Shown: piece after piece, positions 56,117-64,000 of the stretch
Layout: every line of letters starts with the position of its first letter
Position numbering within the stretch: the stretch's first letter is position 1
IMG/VR virus record: IMGVR_UViG_3300032132_000004
Location: 9,034-73,033 of that record
Direction: 5' to 3' (one strand)
From: a virus
Length of the DNA stretch: 64,000 nucleotides
The notes under the pieces: model-generated
Databases searched by the model: none
What the model was told of the DNA's origin: nothing
The model's input: only the letters and a program-made list of their open reading frames with translations
Program-made: the position numbers and the translations under genes

Positions 56117-56922
56117 GACTTCTTACTAGCCTTTTTAGCTTCGGCTAGAAGTTTCTTCCTGGCCTTTAGGTCTTCAATACCCTTTTGGCAGGTATGAATG
56201 TCATTGAACTCTGAGCAAATCGGTTTGTAAGCACACCAGTTACAGAACTCATTACGGCTAGGCTTCATGTTCTCTTTCTTAGCCTTCCGTATCCTCCAGA
56301 CCTTTTCTACAATACCTCTTTTCCAGGCATGGATTTGAGGATTATTGTATTGTACGTGAACGAAGTTATTAGTAAGAGGGTAGTAGTGTGCTGCGACTAT
56401 CTTAGAGACAGGAACCTTGTACATGGTGCTGATAGCATTGACGTATCCTTTTAGCTGGCTATCTTGATACAGGTCAACCTTGCTTTTCTCTCTCTTGGAA
56501 GTCTTGTAGTCGATGATCAAAAGGCCACCATCTGTTCCCTTACATACACGGTCGATGATACCGTTTTGAAGAATGTCCTCTGCAAGAGGTACTTCGTATA
56601 CAAGCTCGATACCCACCGTCTCGGTGAGTTTCTTGTCGAAGGTAAGAAAGTTCTTAAAACACCTTAAATCTTTGCCCTTGTAGGACTCTGATACGTTGTA
56701 TGTATCCTTCAGCCCATCAGCAATATGCGTTAGCTCCTCTAGGGTCACGGCATTGGCCTTCACTCCTAGCTCAAGGACCTCATGGACGTAGCTACCGAAG
56801 CGTAGTGCGTCAGTATTGGCCCCTTTGGGCTCAGGAAGACGGTCAACGTAGCGGAACTGATACTTTAGTTTGCAAGAGTCCCATGTCGAGCCCTTACTTT
56901 CAGAAATTGTCTTAATGTACAT
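56113..56922 (-). CDS. PD-(D/E)xK exonuclease, RecB/Cas4-like, with four-Cys Fe-S staple
   Basis: WDSCKLKY, FGSYVHEVLE, GIIDR, IIDYKT, QLKGY, CNWC...PIC; GAGGTG Shine-Dalgarno 5 nt upstream. Confidence 0.9.
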   Translation of the reverse strand: MYIKTISESKGSTWDSCKLKYQFRYVDRLPEPKGANTDALRFGSYVHEVLELGVKANAVTLEELTHIADGLKDTYNVSESYKGKDLRCFKNFLTFDKKLTETVGIELVYEVPLAEDILQNGIIDRVCKGTDGGLLIIDYKTSKREKSKVDLYQDSQLKGYVNAISTMYKVPVSKIVAAHYYPLTNNFVHVQYNNPQIHAWKRGIVEKVWRIRKAKKENMKPSRNEFCNWCAYKPICSEFNDIHTCQKGIEDLKARKKLLAEAKKASKKS

Positions 56923-57904
56923 AATTTCACCTCAATTTATTAGAGACTACTTGGTCGAAAACTTCTCCGATATTGGCCGTATCTCTGCCGATGGGTGCGA
57001 GTTTGTCATGGAGTCCATCTTCGAAGAGCATGACTGGAAGAGGCACCTGAGCATTAATGTAGATAGTGGTCTGTGGCAGTGTTTCAAGTCTGGAAGGAAA
57101 GGAAACTTCACTCGCTTCTACGCTGAGGTACGAGGGATCCCCTACTTCAGAGCATCCAGGGAACTACTGATTAAGAACTTTGAGTTCCTTGGTGAAGAGG
57201 TTCCCGAATTATCTAAACCTGATAACAAACTTGAGCTAGACACTTCTAAGCTTATCCCCCTCGATATCAATTCAGGTAACTCCGAGGACAAGAATGTTCT
57301 AAATGCTTGGTCCTACCTTTTCACTCGCCGCCTGTTTAATGAAGTGGTAGAAGAAGAGGAGCCTTTCTACCTTTGCACCGAGGGTAAGTTTGCAGATAGA
57401 ATTCTAATCCCATTCAGGGAGGATGGTAACGTATTCTTTTTCCAGGCCAGAGCTTTGTATGACCAGCACCCTAAGTACCTGAATCCCTCCTCAGAGATTG
57501 CTCCCAAGTCTTCCAACGTACTGTATCCTTACGACGAGGAAGCTGATTTCCTTGTTGTCGCAGAGAGCCCTCTATGTGCTCGCTCTCTACAACTACAGGG
57601 AGTTAATGCTACGTCTCCTCAAGGCTGTGTTATCAGCGACCAGCAAGCAGACATCCTCTCTACGTTCAAAGGAAAAATCATCATAGGATTTGATAACGAC
57701 TCTGCTGGTTTGAAAGGGCTTACGAGGTTTGAAGAGACACGCAAAAGACTAAGGATGCCTGAGGTCCATGTCTGCCCTATCCCAGAAAACTGCAAAGACT
57801 GGAACGAAGCTCATGTAAAGAAGGTGGACACTTTAACTTGGGTTAAAAAGAAAAGCCGCCCTTATGATTTCGAATTTAGAACTTTGCAGGCTTTTATGAA
57901 ATAG
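56915..57904 (+). CDS. DnaG-type DNA primase (Toprim)
   Basis: LSIN...GLWQCF.SG.KGN, RILIPF, FFQAR, PKYLNP, FDNDSAG, KDWNE. Start reassigned to ATG 56915 (MYIISPQ). Confidence 0.88.
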   Translation: MYIISPQFIRDYLVENFSDIGRISADGCEFVMESIFEEHDWKRHLSINVDSGLWQCFKSGRKGNFTRFYAEVRGIPYFRASRELLIKNFEFLGEEVPELSKPDNKLELDTSKLIPLDINSGNSEDKNVLNAWSYLFTRRLFNEVVEEEEPFYLCTEGKFADRILIPFREDGNVFFFQARALYDQHPKYLNPSSEIAPKSSNVLYPYDEEADFLVVAESPLCARSLQLQGVNATSPQGCVISDQQADILSTFKGKIIIGFDNDSAGLKGLTRFEETRKRLRMPEVHVCPIPENCKDWNEAHVKKVDTLTWVKKKSRPYDFEFRTLQAFMK

Positions 57905-58835
57905 TAAAGAAGTAAGGAGGGGTAACAATAGTCTCATCCAATAAAGTGTACTTAGCAGTGATCCTATACGGACCTGTTACTCCTGCAAAACTAGCTACGT
58001 TTGGATGAGTAGTTAGTTGAGTGGTATCAAAGCGGAAGACTAACGTATTGTCTGAAGTGATATCCACAAGGCCTTCCGAATCAGCAAAACTTGATACAGT
58101 TACATGAGAAGGAAGGTTAGTAGAATCCTCATTGATTTTATCAATTTGAATAGTAGCTGATGTAATGGCTGATCCTTTGAAAATGTTTTTTATGCTTTCA
58201 TCAATATCTTTATTCTGTATGGTAATTTCAGTGGTAATCTTAATGTTTTCCACAGAACTAAGAGTTACATGCTTATTGAGCAATCTGTTACGAGGCTCTA
58301 GGAGTACTCTTTGCGTTGTAGAGAAAAAGGTATCATCATACAAACTAAACTCATTAATAAGAGTATGGAATGGATTCCCATCAAAATTTCTAATTGTCCA
58401 ACAGTCGATGTAATCCCCTACCGTAGCAGAATCCCCTGGTGATGTTATTACCACAGAACTTCCATGAAGATTATAATGACCATCCACAGCTTTCGTGCCG
58501 TCTAAAACACATACGTATTCTCCTAATCCTAACTTGTAGATTCCGCTGAGTGATCCTGAGTTGTTAGGATTGTATTGAGTAACATCGTCAAGTCCGGTGC
58601 CATAGAAACCAAAGTGCATCACAATATCATCGGCATCTAACGTAGAAGATATAAGGTTGCCCTCTAAAATGCTATTTGGGCTTAGGTTAGCGGATTTATG
58701 AAAAACTGTTACTCCGCTAACCGTATGAGGATCGTAATACTCCCCATCGTTTATAAAAAAGACCCGAAGTGCCGTTTTTTGGATAACAGTGGGTCGATTG
58801 TGCCTGTCAACAAGGCTAATTCCGTTCAAGTTCAT
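57894..58835 (-). CDS. Hypothetical beta-rich protein, probably structural
   Basis: 313-aa ORF co-oriented with the tail chaperone genes. Confidence 0.7.
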   Translation of the reverse strand: MNLNGISLVDRHNRPTVIQKTALRVFFINDGEYYDPHTVSGVTVFHKSANLSPNSILEGNLISSTLDADDIVMHFGFYGTGLDDVTQYNPNNSGSLSGIYKLGLGEYVCVLDGTKAVDGHYNLHGSSVVITSPGDSATVGDYIDCWTIRNFDGNPFHTLINEFSLYDDTFFSTTQRVLLEPRNRLLNKHVTLSSVENIKITTEITIQNKDIDESIKNIFKGSAITSATIQIDKINEDSTNLPSHVTVSSFADSEGLVDITSDNTLVFRFDTTQLTTHPNVASFAGVTGPYRITAKYTLLDETIVTPPYFFTIS

Positions 58836-59004
58836 CGTTTTGTCTTTCTATATCCTCTTTAGTTAGCTTGATGAAGATGGTCCTTTCTGTACGGGTCATC
58901 GTTTTTACATCTGCATAACTAAAGTTACTCTTCTTTACGAGTATATAGGCTTCTAGAAGAAGAGAATCAATATCAATTACTTCATCTAGCTCACATCGAA
59001 AAAA
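58816..59004 (-). CDS. gp51-like tail chaperone C-terminal domain, in the -1 frame of gp26
   Basis: Absent from the track. Reads FFRCELDEVIDIDSLLLEAYILVKKSNFSYADVKTMTRTERTIFIKLTKEDIERQNDELERN*. No ATG/GTG/TTG between the upstream in-frame TAA and the conserved segment. Confidence 0.75.
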   Translation of the reverse strand, partial: FFRCELDEVIDIDSLLLEAYILVKKSNFSYADVKTMTRTERTIFIKLTKEDIERQNDELERN

Positions 59005-59732
59005 CTTGCATCCAATGGCAAGTCTTTGACTGAAATCCCCTCGCAGTCCTTACACTGAAATTTAATCTTAGTATCAACACCGTAATCGGACTTTAGGGCG
59101 TTTAGGATGGTTTTAGAATCCTTTAGGGGAAGTTTATTAACAACTGCTGCAATGATGGACTTGTCAGTGTGTCCATCAATCTCTAGTACAAATCTCCAAA
59201 GCTGATCTAAGAAGTCTTCTGGGTTATTAAAAATAGCCTCATCTCTAACTCTGGGAAGTTTTACTTTAATTTCCTTTTTTAGTTGAGGAAGGGTTATCGA
59301 GATTGGATCGGTGAACTCATCAGGGACGGGGTTGACGTTAAGCTGGGAGAGTCTAACGGTCGTGGGATTCTCTGCTCTACACTCGGGGCAGATTAAAAGG
59401 GTATGATAATCATCCCCATAAGAGATCTCCCTAAGCTTCATGATTAGGAAGAATTTGTCCATTGGGAGCAGGTCTAGTACTTTGACATTAGACACACATC
59501 TATCCAAAACTAGGTTGATGGGATCCTCACCTTTTTTAGCCCCAACGATATTCTTTTCGTCTTCGAAGGTCATAGGGCGAATGCTTACAGGAACCCCAGG
59601 ATCTATCAAGTCATACACTTTGCATTCAGAGGGAAGTAGTACCTCTACTGCGGTATCCGTAGGTAGCTCTTTTAGTAGGTCTTTGATGATCTCTGCCTTG
59701 GCATCATCACTTACATTGTTTGGTTCTAGCAT
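58986..59732 (-). CDS. gp26: Baseplate hub / tail assembly chaperone (T4 gp26-like)
   Basis: LPS...IRPMT.EDEK, D..FLIMKLREISYGD, CPEC, LP......K.KLPR, CKDC, ending ..SFF. Confidence 0.88.
   Translation of the reverse strand: MLEPNNVSDDAKAEIIKDLLKELPTDTAVEVLLPSECKVYDLIDPGVPVSIRPMTFEDEKNIVGAKKGEDPINLVLDRCVSNVKVLDLLPMDKFFLIMKLREISYGDDYHTLLICPECRAENPTTVRLSQLNVNPVPDEFTDPISITLPQLKKEIKVKLPRVRDEAIFNNPEDFLDQLWRFVLEIDGHTDKSIIAAVVNKLPLKDSKTILNALKSDYGVDTKIKFQCKDCEGISVKDLPLDASFFDVS
58998..59004 (-). other. Slippery heptamer T TTT TTC, candidate -1 ribosomal frameshift site
   Basis: Correctly phased X XXY YYZ near the end of gp26 (AGT TTT TTC GAT GTG AGC TAG). Confidence 0.7.
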
Positions 59733-59761
59733 ATTATATTTCCTTTATATACAATTCTAAT

Positions 59762-59770
59762 CTATAATAG
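59762..59770. promoter_or_regulatory. CTATAATAG quasi-palindromic -10 element between divergent gp26 and uvsW
   Basis: TATAAT at 59763-59768, 6 nt before ATG 59775; reads TATTAT on the minus strand. Confidence 0.6.
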
Positions 59771-59774
59771 TGTG

Positions 59775-61136
59775 ATGAAGATCACTACAGGAATTTTAAC
59801 CTCTAAGATAGAGACAGACAACCCTAAGCTTTTAAACGCATTATACGAGTTATACGCCTTTAAGATCACAGGATCCGAATATTCGACTGCCTACAAAAGA
59901 AGGCACTGGGATGGAAAAACTCATTTTATCTCAAGAAATGGGACTTTCCCTACAGGACTCTTAGATAGGGTTCTTGGTGATTTAAAGAAGATTGAGTGTG
60001 AGCCAGAGATTTGGGGGGATGCAGGGTCTGAGGGTAAACTTTTTGCTCCTTACGATATTTCAGGGTTTACCTACTATGATTACCAAAAGGACCTTATTGA
60101 CCGTGGATTACGGAATATGAGGGGTATCATCAAATCTCCTACAGGATCGGGAAAAACCCTTATAATGGCAGGAATGGTCAAAGCCCTTCATGGGCGCAAG
60201 ATGGTCATCCTTTTTAACGCCAAACAATTATTAACACAAACATATGATTTTCTTAGAAGTTGCGGCATTGACGGTGTTGGCCTTTGTTATGGCGAGGGTT
60301 ATATTTACGGCGATATTATGTTATGTACTATCCAGAGTATCGACAAAATCCTCGACACACACCTTGAAGAAGCCGAAGTCCTCATGGTGGATGAGTGTCA
60401 TGAGTTCTCTAACGGGAAGACAACGCTAGCTGCCCTCAGGAGCTTCCCTAAGGCTGTGTATCGCCTCGGCTTCACAGCTACGGTTCCGAGGGAGTCCATC
60501 CCCCGATATAACCTAGAAGGGGCCTTAGGGAGCGTCATAGAGGCTGTCAGTACAAAGGACCTAGTAGACGAGGGAACACTAGCGAAACCCATAATCCAGA
60601 TGGTGACTAGATCCTACGATGCTTCTGGGGCAGATGAGAATATGTCCTACTTAGACGTATATGAAGAGTACATAGTTAGGAATGAATCAAGAAACAAAAC
60701 AATAAAGGAGATAGTAGATGACATCAAAAAAAGAAATGAAAAAGCACGTATCCTTATTCTTACCAAATCACTTGATCACGGAAGAACCTTGGAAAAGCTT
60801 TGCGGAGGGGTCTTCTTGGAAGGGGCTAATTCGCTCGAAAGCAGGTATAACACTATATCTAGATTCCGAGGAAGTGATGCCACTAGTGTCCTCATTGGCA
60901 CTAAAATACTCCAAACAGGGATTAACATTGAAGAAATAACCCACTTCATTAATGCAAGGGGGATGAAATCAGAAATAGCTACCATCCAAGCATTAGGTCG
61001 TGCTATTAGAAAGCATAAGACCTCACCTGAGGTATACGTATATGATTTCCTAGATCAGGAGAAGTATCTGGCTGGGCACTCTAGAGCAAGAAGACGCCAC
61101 TATAAACGAGAAGGACACAAGGTAACTACATTATGA
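59775..61136 (+). CDS. uvsW: Superfamily 2 DNA helicase (UvsW-like)
   Basis: HWDGK, YDYQ, SPTGSGKT, VDECH, GFTAT, TGINI, QALGRAIR, VYDFLD, HS..R...Y..E. Confidence 0.93.
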   Translation: MKITTGILTSKIETDNPKLLNALYELYAFKITGSEYSTAYKRRHWDGKTHFISRNGTFPTGLLDRVLGDLKKIECEPEIWGDAGSEGKLFAPYDISGFTYYDYQKDLIDRGLRNMRGIIKSPTGSGKTLIMAGMVKALHGRKMVILFNAKQLLTQTYDFLRSCGIDGVGLCYGEGYIYGDIMLCTIQSIDKILDTHLEEAEVLMVDECHEFSNGKTTLAALRSFPKAVYRLGFTATVPRESIPRYNLEGALGSVIEAVSTKDLVDEGTLAKPIIQMVTRSYDASGADENMSYLDVYEEYIVRNESRNKTIKEIVDDIKKRNEKARILILTKSLDHGRTLEKLCGGVFLEGANSLESRYNTISRFRGSDATSVLIGTKILQTGINIEEITHFINARGMKSEIATIQALGRAIRKHKTSPEVYVYDFLDQEKYLAGHSRARRRHYKREGHKVTTL

Positions 61137-61360
61137 AAACAAGGAAATCAATAGAAAAACAATTATTCGAACTATCAGAGGAAGATACTAGAAATCTTAA
61201 AGGGCTCGTAGAAGACATAAACTCTATTATATCCAGACGGAGGATAGAAGAAGCTACTATAACTAAGCTAACAAACGTCTTAACCGTTCTTACTTCCTTT
61301 AAAGATAACTATATGTGGAGGCTACTTAACGCAGCCAAACAGAACCACATGATTGATTAG
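61133..61360 (+). CDS. Small helical protein following UvsW
   Basis: ATGA overlap with uvsW; same position and size class as T4 uvsW.1, which is positional inference only. Confidence 0.6.
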   Translation: MKTRKSIEKQLFELSEEDTRNLKGLVEDINSIISRRRIEEATITKLTNVLTVLTSFKDNYMWRLLNAAKQNHMID

Positions 61361-61803
61361 TTATCTCCAACCTCAAAGTTATCAAGCTTTTTACCTTTAA
61401 ATATACCAGTCACCTTAGCAATTAGGGCAGATACCAATCCTACGAAGCCAACGATTAAAGCGTAGATAGAGTAATCCATTATATCTTTTTCACCTTTTTC
61501 CTCTTTACCTCCATCTGGATGTTTGTCATGCACAAGGGTAAGAGTTCCTGCTTTAGATACTTCTAATTTAGCTAGGTTAGTGAAAGCTTCTCTTGCTTCG
61601 TCAGAAGCTAGTTGTGCAAAAGCACGCGCTTCGTTCTTATTCACTCCCGCCCAAGAGGGGGAGAATCCGAACGTAATCACCTCATAACCTTGCCCTCGTT
61701 GATTTGGGGTAATGGTCCCATACTCTATGTATGGATTATAAGTTTCAGGTAATGTGCTACAGCCTAGAGATAAAAGAATAAGAGCAAGGAAGGGTAGTTT
61801 CAT
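61357..61803 (-). CDS. Lipoprotein with C-terminal transmembrane helix (unimolecular spanin-like)
   Basis: Lipoprotein signal MKLPFLALILLSLG-C; C-terminal YSIYALIVGFVGLVSALIA followed by a Lys-rich tail. Confidence 0.65.
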   Translation of the reverse strand: MKLPFLALILLSLGCSTLPETYNPYIEYGTITPNQRGQGYEVITFGFSPSWAGVNKNEARAFAQLASDEAREAFTNLAKLEVSKAGTLTLVHDKHPDGGKEEKGEKDIMDYSIYALIVGFVGLVSALIAKVTGIFKGKKLDNFEVGDN

Positions 61804-62231
61804 GGTTTTTTATCTAGCCACACTACCTCCTCAATTAGAGAAGTTCTTCTCTGCAACTCTTTGAGTATTTCCTTATGAGATACATCTCTCTCTTTTTGTA
61901 ACTCACTTCTAACAGCTTGAGTATTTTTTTGCTCTTCCCGCATCTGGTTGTTCATATAAGCATACACCCCAGCGACTACAAAGATTACAAAAGTAAGGAT
62001 AGAGAAGGAAAAGCCTAAAGCGGTTATATTAGGTCTAACAGCAGCAGTTTGAGCTATTGTTTGGGCGGATACTAATTCTTTAATATCCGATCTAATAGCC
62101 CTAGTATCTGCGGCTCTTCCCTTTCCCTCTTCTTTGATAGCCAGAGCAAGACCAGCTATATCTTTTGATACCATCTCTCGATTTATATCAAACTCTTTCC
62201 TTGAAACCTGCAAATCTTCGGTGTTACTCAT
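61800..62231 (-). CDS. Single-pass membrane protein with coiled coils (possible holin or other lysis protein)
   Basis: TM segment ITALGFSFSILTFVIFVVAGVYAYM; ATGA-coupled to the lipoprotein gene. Confidence 0.55.
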   Translation of the reverse strand: MSNTEDLQVSRKEFDINREMVSKDIAGLALAIKEEGKGRAADTRAIRSDIKELVSAQTIAQTAAVRPNITALGFSFSILTFVIFVVAGVYAYMNNQMREEQKNTQAVRSELQKERDVSHKEILKELQRRTSLIEEVVWLDKKP

Positions 62232-62254
62232 TGTTGTAAATATCTATGTTGTGC

Positions 62255-64000
62255 CTAAGCTAATCTTCTACAGTTAAAGGAAGAACCTCTCCCTTGTCTA
62301 ATATTATTGGAACCATCAATTTTTAAAGTAAAGAACTCTCCCGCTGTAACATCTCCTGTATACTTCATAGCAATAGGCCAAGGTTTATTTGCTATAGCTA
62401 GGTAGGTATCTAAAATACTTTTAGGAGTCTCTGTTAAGCCTAAACCTGTAGTTTTTTGCATGGTTAGAGCAACATCACAGGCAGCAGTAGTAGCTATAAG
62501 AGTACCTACAAACTCAAATTCATATGTACCAGTAGCACTGATACTAAAGTAACAGTCAGCATTGATCCAATTAATGTGGTTAACATTAGACTCATCAACC
62601 CCCTGTGTACAACCAGAAGCATGATAAAAAGGATCAGCAGTGTTTACACCGTTTTGTACATTAACTTGAGAATAAGCCCAAGGAGGGGGAATTGGACAAG
62701 TTCCTACTGTTATGTTAGTAGCATCTGCACTAAGAGCAGTACTAACGTGTAAGGTATCAACTATAGTAGTACCCTCTGCACTAAGAGCAGTACTAACGTG
62801 TAAGGTATCAACTATAGTAGTACCCTCTGCACTAAGGGAATTACTAACGTGTAAGGTATCAACTATAGTAGTACCCTCTGCACTAAGGGAATTACTAACG
62901 TGTACGGAAGACAGGATTGTTAAACCATCTAAAATATTAGTAGTACCAGGACCTGCACTAAGGGAATTACTAACTTGTAAGGAAGACAGGAGTGCTAAAC
63001 CATCGAAAGTAACAGTAGTACCAGGACCTGCACTAAGGGCAGTACTAACATTTGTAGTATGAGAGGTTGTGGTACCTGCTACTAACATAGTTTCCACTTC
63101 TATTTCCCCCACTTCCATTGTCCCAGAGGGATTATTAATCCTCTTAGTACCAGTATCGGCATTTATTAGAATAGGATTCCCATAACCCCCCGGCTGGGTA
63201 AGATATGGATATTGCCATGCAACTTTAGCCTCCGCTGGCTTCATTACCAAGTAGTGACCAAGCCCAGGAGGATTATCTATAGTTTCCCCACCAGCACCAG
63301 ATACAGGAACAGAGGATCCATCGTTCACAACTATACCTGAGGCAGTTCCAGAAGGGTGAGTAGTCGAGCCATCTGTAGAATGTGCGTATGCCTGACTCCA
63401 GTTATCAGCAGAAAGCGAGAAGTTAGAAGTTGTAAAATCTCCTCCTATACCAGTACCATTAGTTTGGTTTACGCGAAATTCACCACATAGAAGTTTTATT
63501 TCTCCATCCCTACTATCACCAGCGGATATTTTAATAAGGCCAGTGTCGCTGTTACCAGTAGAAGAAATTTCAAAATTTCCCCCTGCTACTTTTTGCTTTA
63601 GGCTGTTATGAGTACAAAATTGATCAAAGGTTACATTTTGTATCTCATTGCCCCCACCAGCAAGGTTATTAGCTAGAGTAGGAGTAGCTCCTCCTAGGAA
63701 GTTATCATCAGATGTGCTTAAAGCTTGAGCTAGAACTGCTGCACTAGCATCAATAGCAGCAGATAGTTCAGTAGAACTAACAACCATATTAGCTATAGCA
63801 GTCTCATTAGCGGCTATATCAGTATCATTATTAACTATAGAAGCAGTATTAGCGACTATAGCTAATGCACTAGCAGTAATAGCAGCAGATAGTTCGGTAG
63901 CACTAACAACCATATTAGCTATAGCAGTCTCATTAGCGGCTATATCAGTATCATTATTAACTATAGAAGCAGTATTAGCGACTATAGCTAATGCACTAGC
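62255..64000 (-). CDS. Tail fibre, C-terminal part; 5' end lies beyond the window
   Basis: Frame stays open to 64000. Heptad repeats, then beta repeats, then a C1q/gp53-C-like tip (FSISATGTYEF...VTAGEFFTL). Confidence 0.78.
   Translation of the reverse strand, partial: ASALAIVANTASIVNNDTDIAANETAIANMVVSATELSAAITASALAIVANTASIVNNDTDIAANETAIANMVVSSTELSAAIDASAAVLAQALSTSDDNFLGGATPTLANNLAGGGNEIQNVTFDQFCTHNSLKQKVAGGNFEISSTGNSDTGLIKISAGDSRDGEIKLLCGEFRVNQTNGTGIGGDFTTSNFSLSADNWSQAYAHSTDGSTTHPSGTASGIVVNDGSSVPVSGAGGETIDNPPGLGHYLVMKPAEAKVAWQYPYLTQPGGYGNPILINADTGTKRINNPSGTMEVGEIEVETMLVAGTTTSHTTNVSTALSAGPGTTVTFDGLALLSSLQVSNSLSAGPGTTNILDGLTILSSVHVSNSLSAEGTTIVDTLHVSNSLSAEGTTIVDTLHVSTALSAEGTTIVDTLHVSTALSADATNITVGTCPIPPPWAYSQVNVQNGVNTADPFYHASGCTQGVDESNVNHINWINADCYFSISATGTYEFEFVGTLIATTAACDVALTMQKTTGLGLTETPKSILDTYLAIANKPWPIAMKYTGDVTAGEFFTLKIDGSNNIRQGRGSSFNCRRLA
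62725..63050. repeat. Intragenic tandem repeats of 51 bp and 75 bp in the tail fibre
   Basis: Anchor tgcactaag at 62726, 62777, 62828, 62879 (period 51), then 62954 and 63029 (period 75). Confidence 0.9.
63750..64000. repeat. 126-bp (42-aa, six-heptad) near-exact tandem repeat in the tail fibre
   Basis: catattagctatagcagtctcattagcggct at 63785 and 63911; continues off the window. Confidence 0.9.

Noticed and set aside
12902-56914. Longest-ORF starts at 12967, 22903, 27805, 52900 and 56870
   Set aside because: They extend into neighbouring genes or promoter gaps; downstream ATGs at 12901, 22798, 27763, 52840 and 56915 fit coupling or Shine-Dalgarno context better.
56113-56922. Cas4-like nuclease as evidence of a CRISPR-Cas system
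   Set aside because: No cas1, cas2 or array in the window; solo Cas4/RecB-like nucleases are common in phage replication regions.
1588-63062. The many 60-244 aa ORFs nested in or antisense to long genes, such as 24494-24967, 54367-55101 and 62712-63062
   Set aside because: Fully overlapped by well-supported genes, with no recognisable motifs.
1-64000. tRNA, rRNA or other structured RNA genes
   Set aside because: Intergenic gaps are under about 90 bp and hold promoters or terminators; no cloverleaf was recognised by eye, and no covariance search could be run.

Overview
The whole 64-kb window is a gene-dense segment of a large T4-like myovirus genome, using the standard genetic code. No tRNA, rRNA, CRISPR array or integrase was seen, and portal and terminase lie outside the window. 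Left arm (1-7150): gp46/gp47 (Rad50/Mre11-like) recombination nuclease, ThyX, a family-A DNA polymerase, a minimal gp55-like sigma factor, a thioredoxin-fold protein lacking CxxC, and a Holliday junction resolvase. Centre (7119-55776, all minus strand): tail tube and sheath, a PAAR-CARDB spike tip, a giant beta-helix/FN3/LamG protein interrupted by one in-frame stop, neck gp13/14/15, major capsid, scaffold, prohead protease and core proteins, then a translationally coupled baseplate/tape-measure operon. Right arm: Cas4/RecB-like exonuclease, primase, gp26-like tail chaperone, UvsW helicase, a u-spanin-like lipoprotein and the C-terminal part of a tail fibre. Most notable observations: (1) the PolA is split into three abutting genes, with the proofreading site divided between two chains and a probably inactive Fe-S UDG-like domain at the front; (2) a gp51-like domain absent from the ORF track has no start codon of its own and appears reachable only by a -1 frameshift at T-TTT-TTC; (3) divergent gene pairs are separated by only 14-16 bp holding overlapping -10 boxes, and one pair shares the palindrome ATGTACAT as both start codons; (4) short peptide tags are shared between otherwise unrelated virion proteins. 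All homology calls come from motifs recognised by eye, not from database searches.
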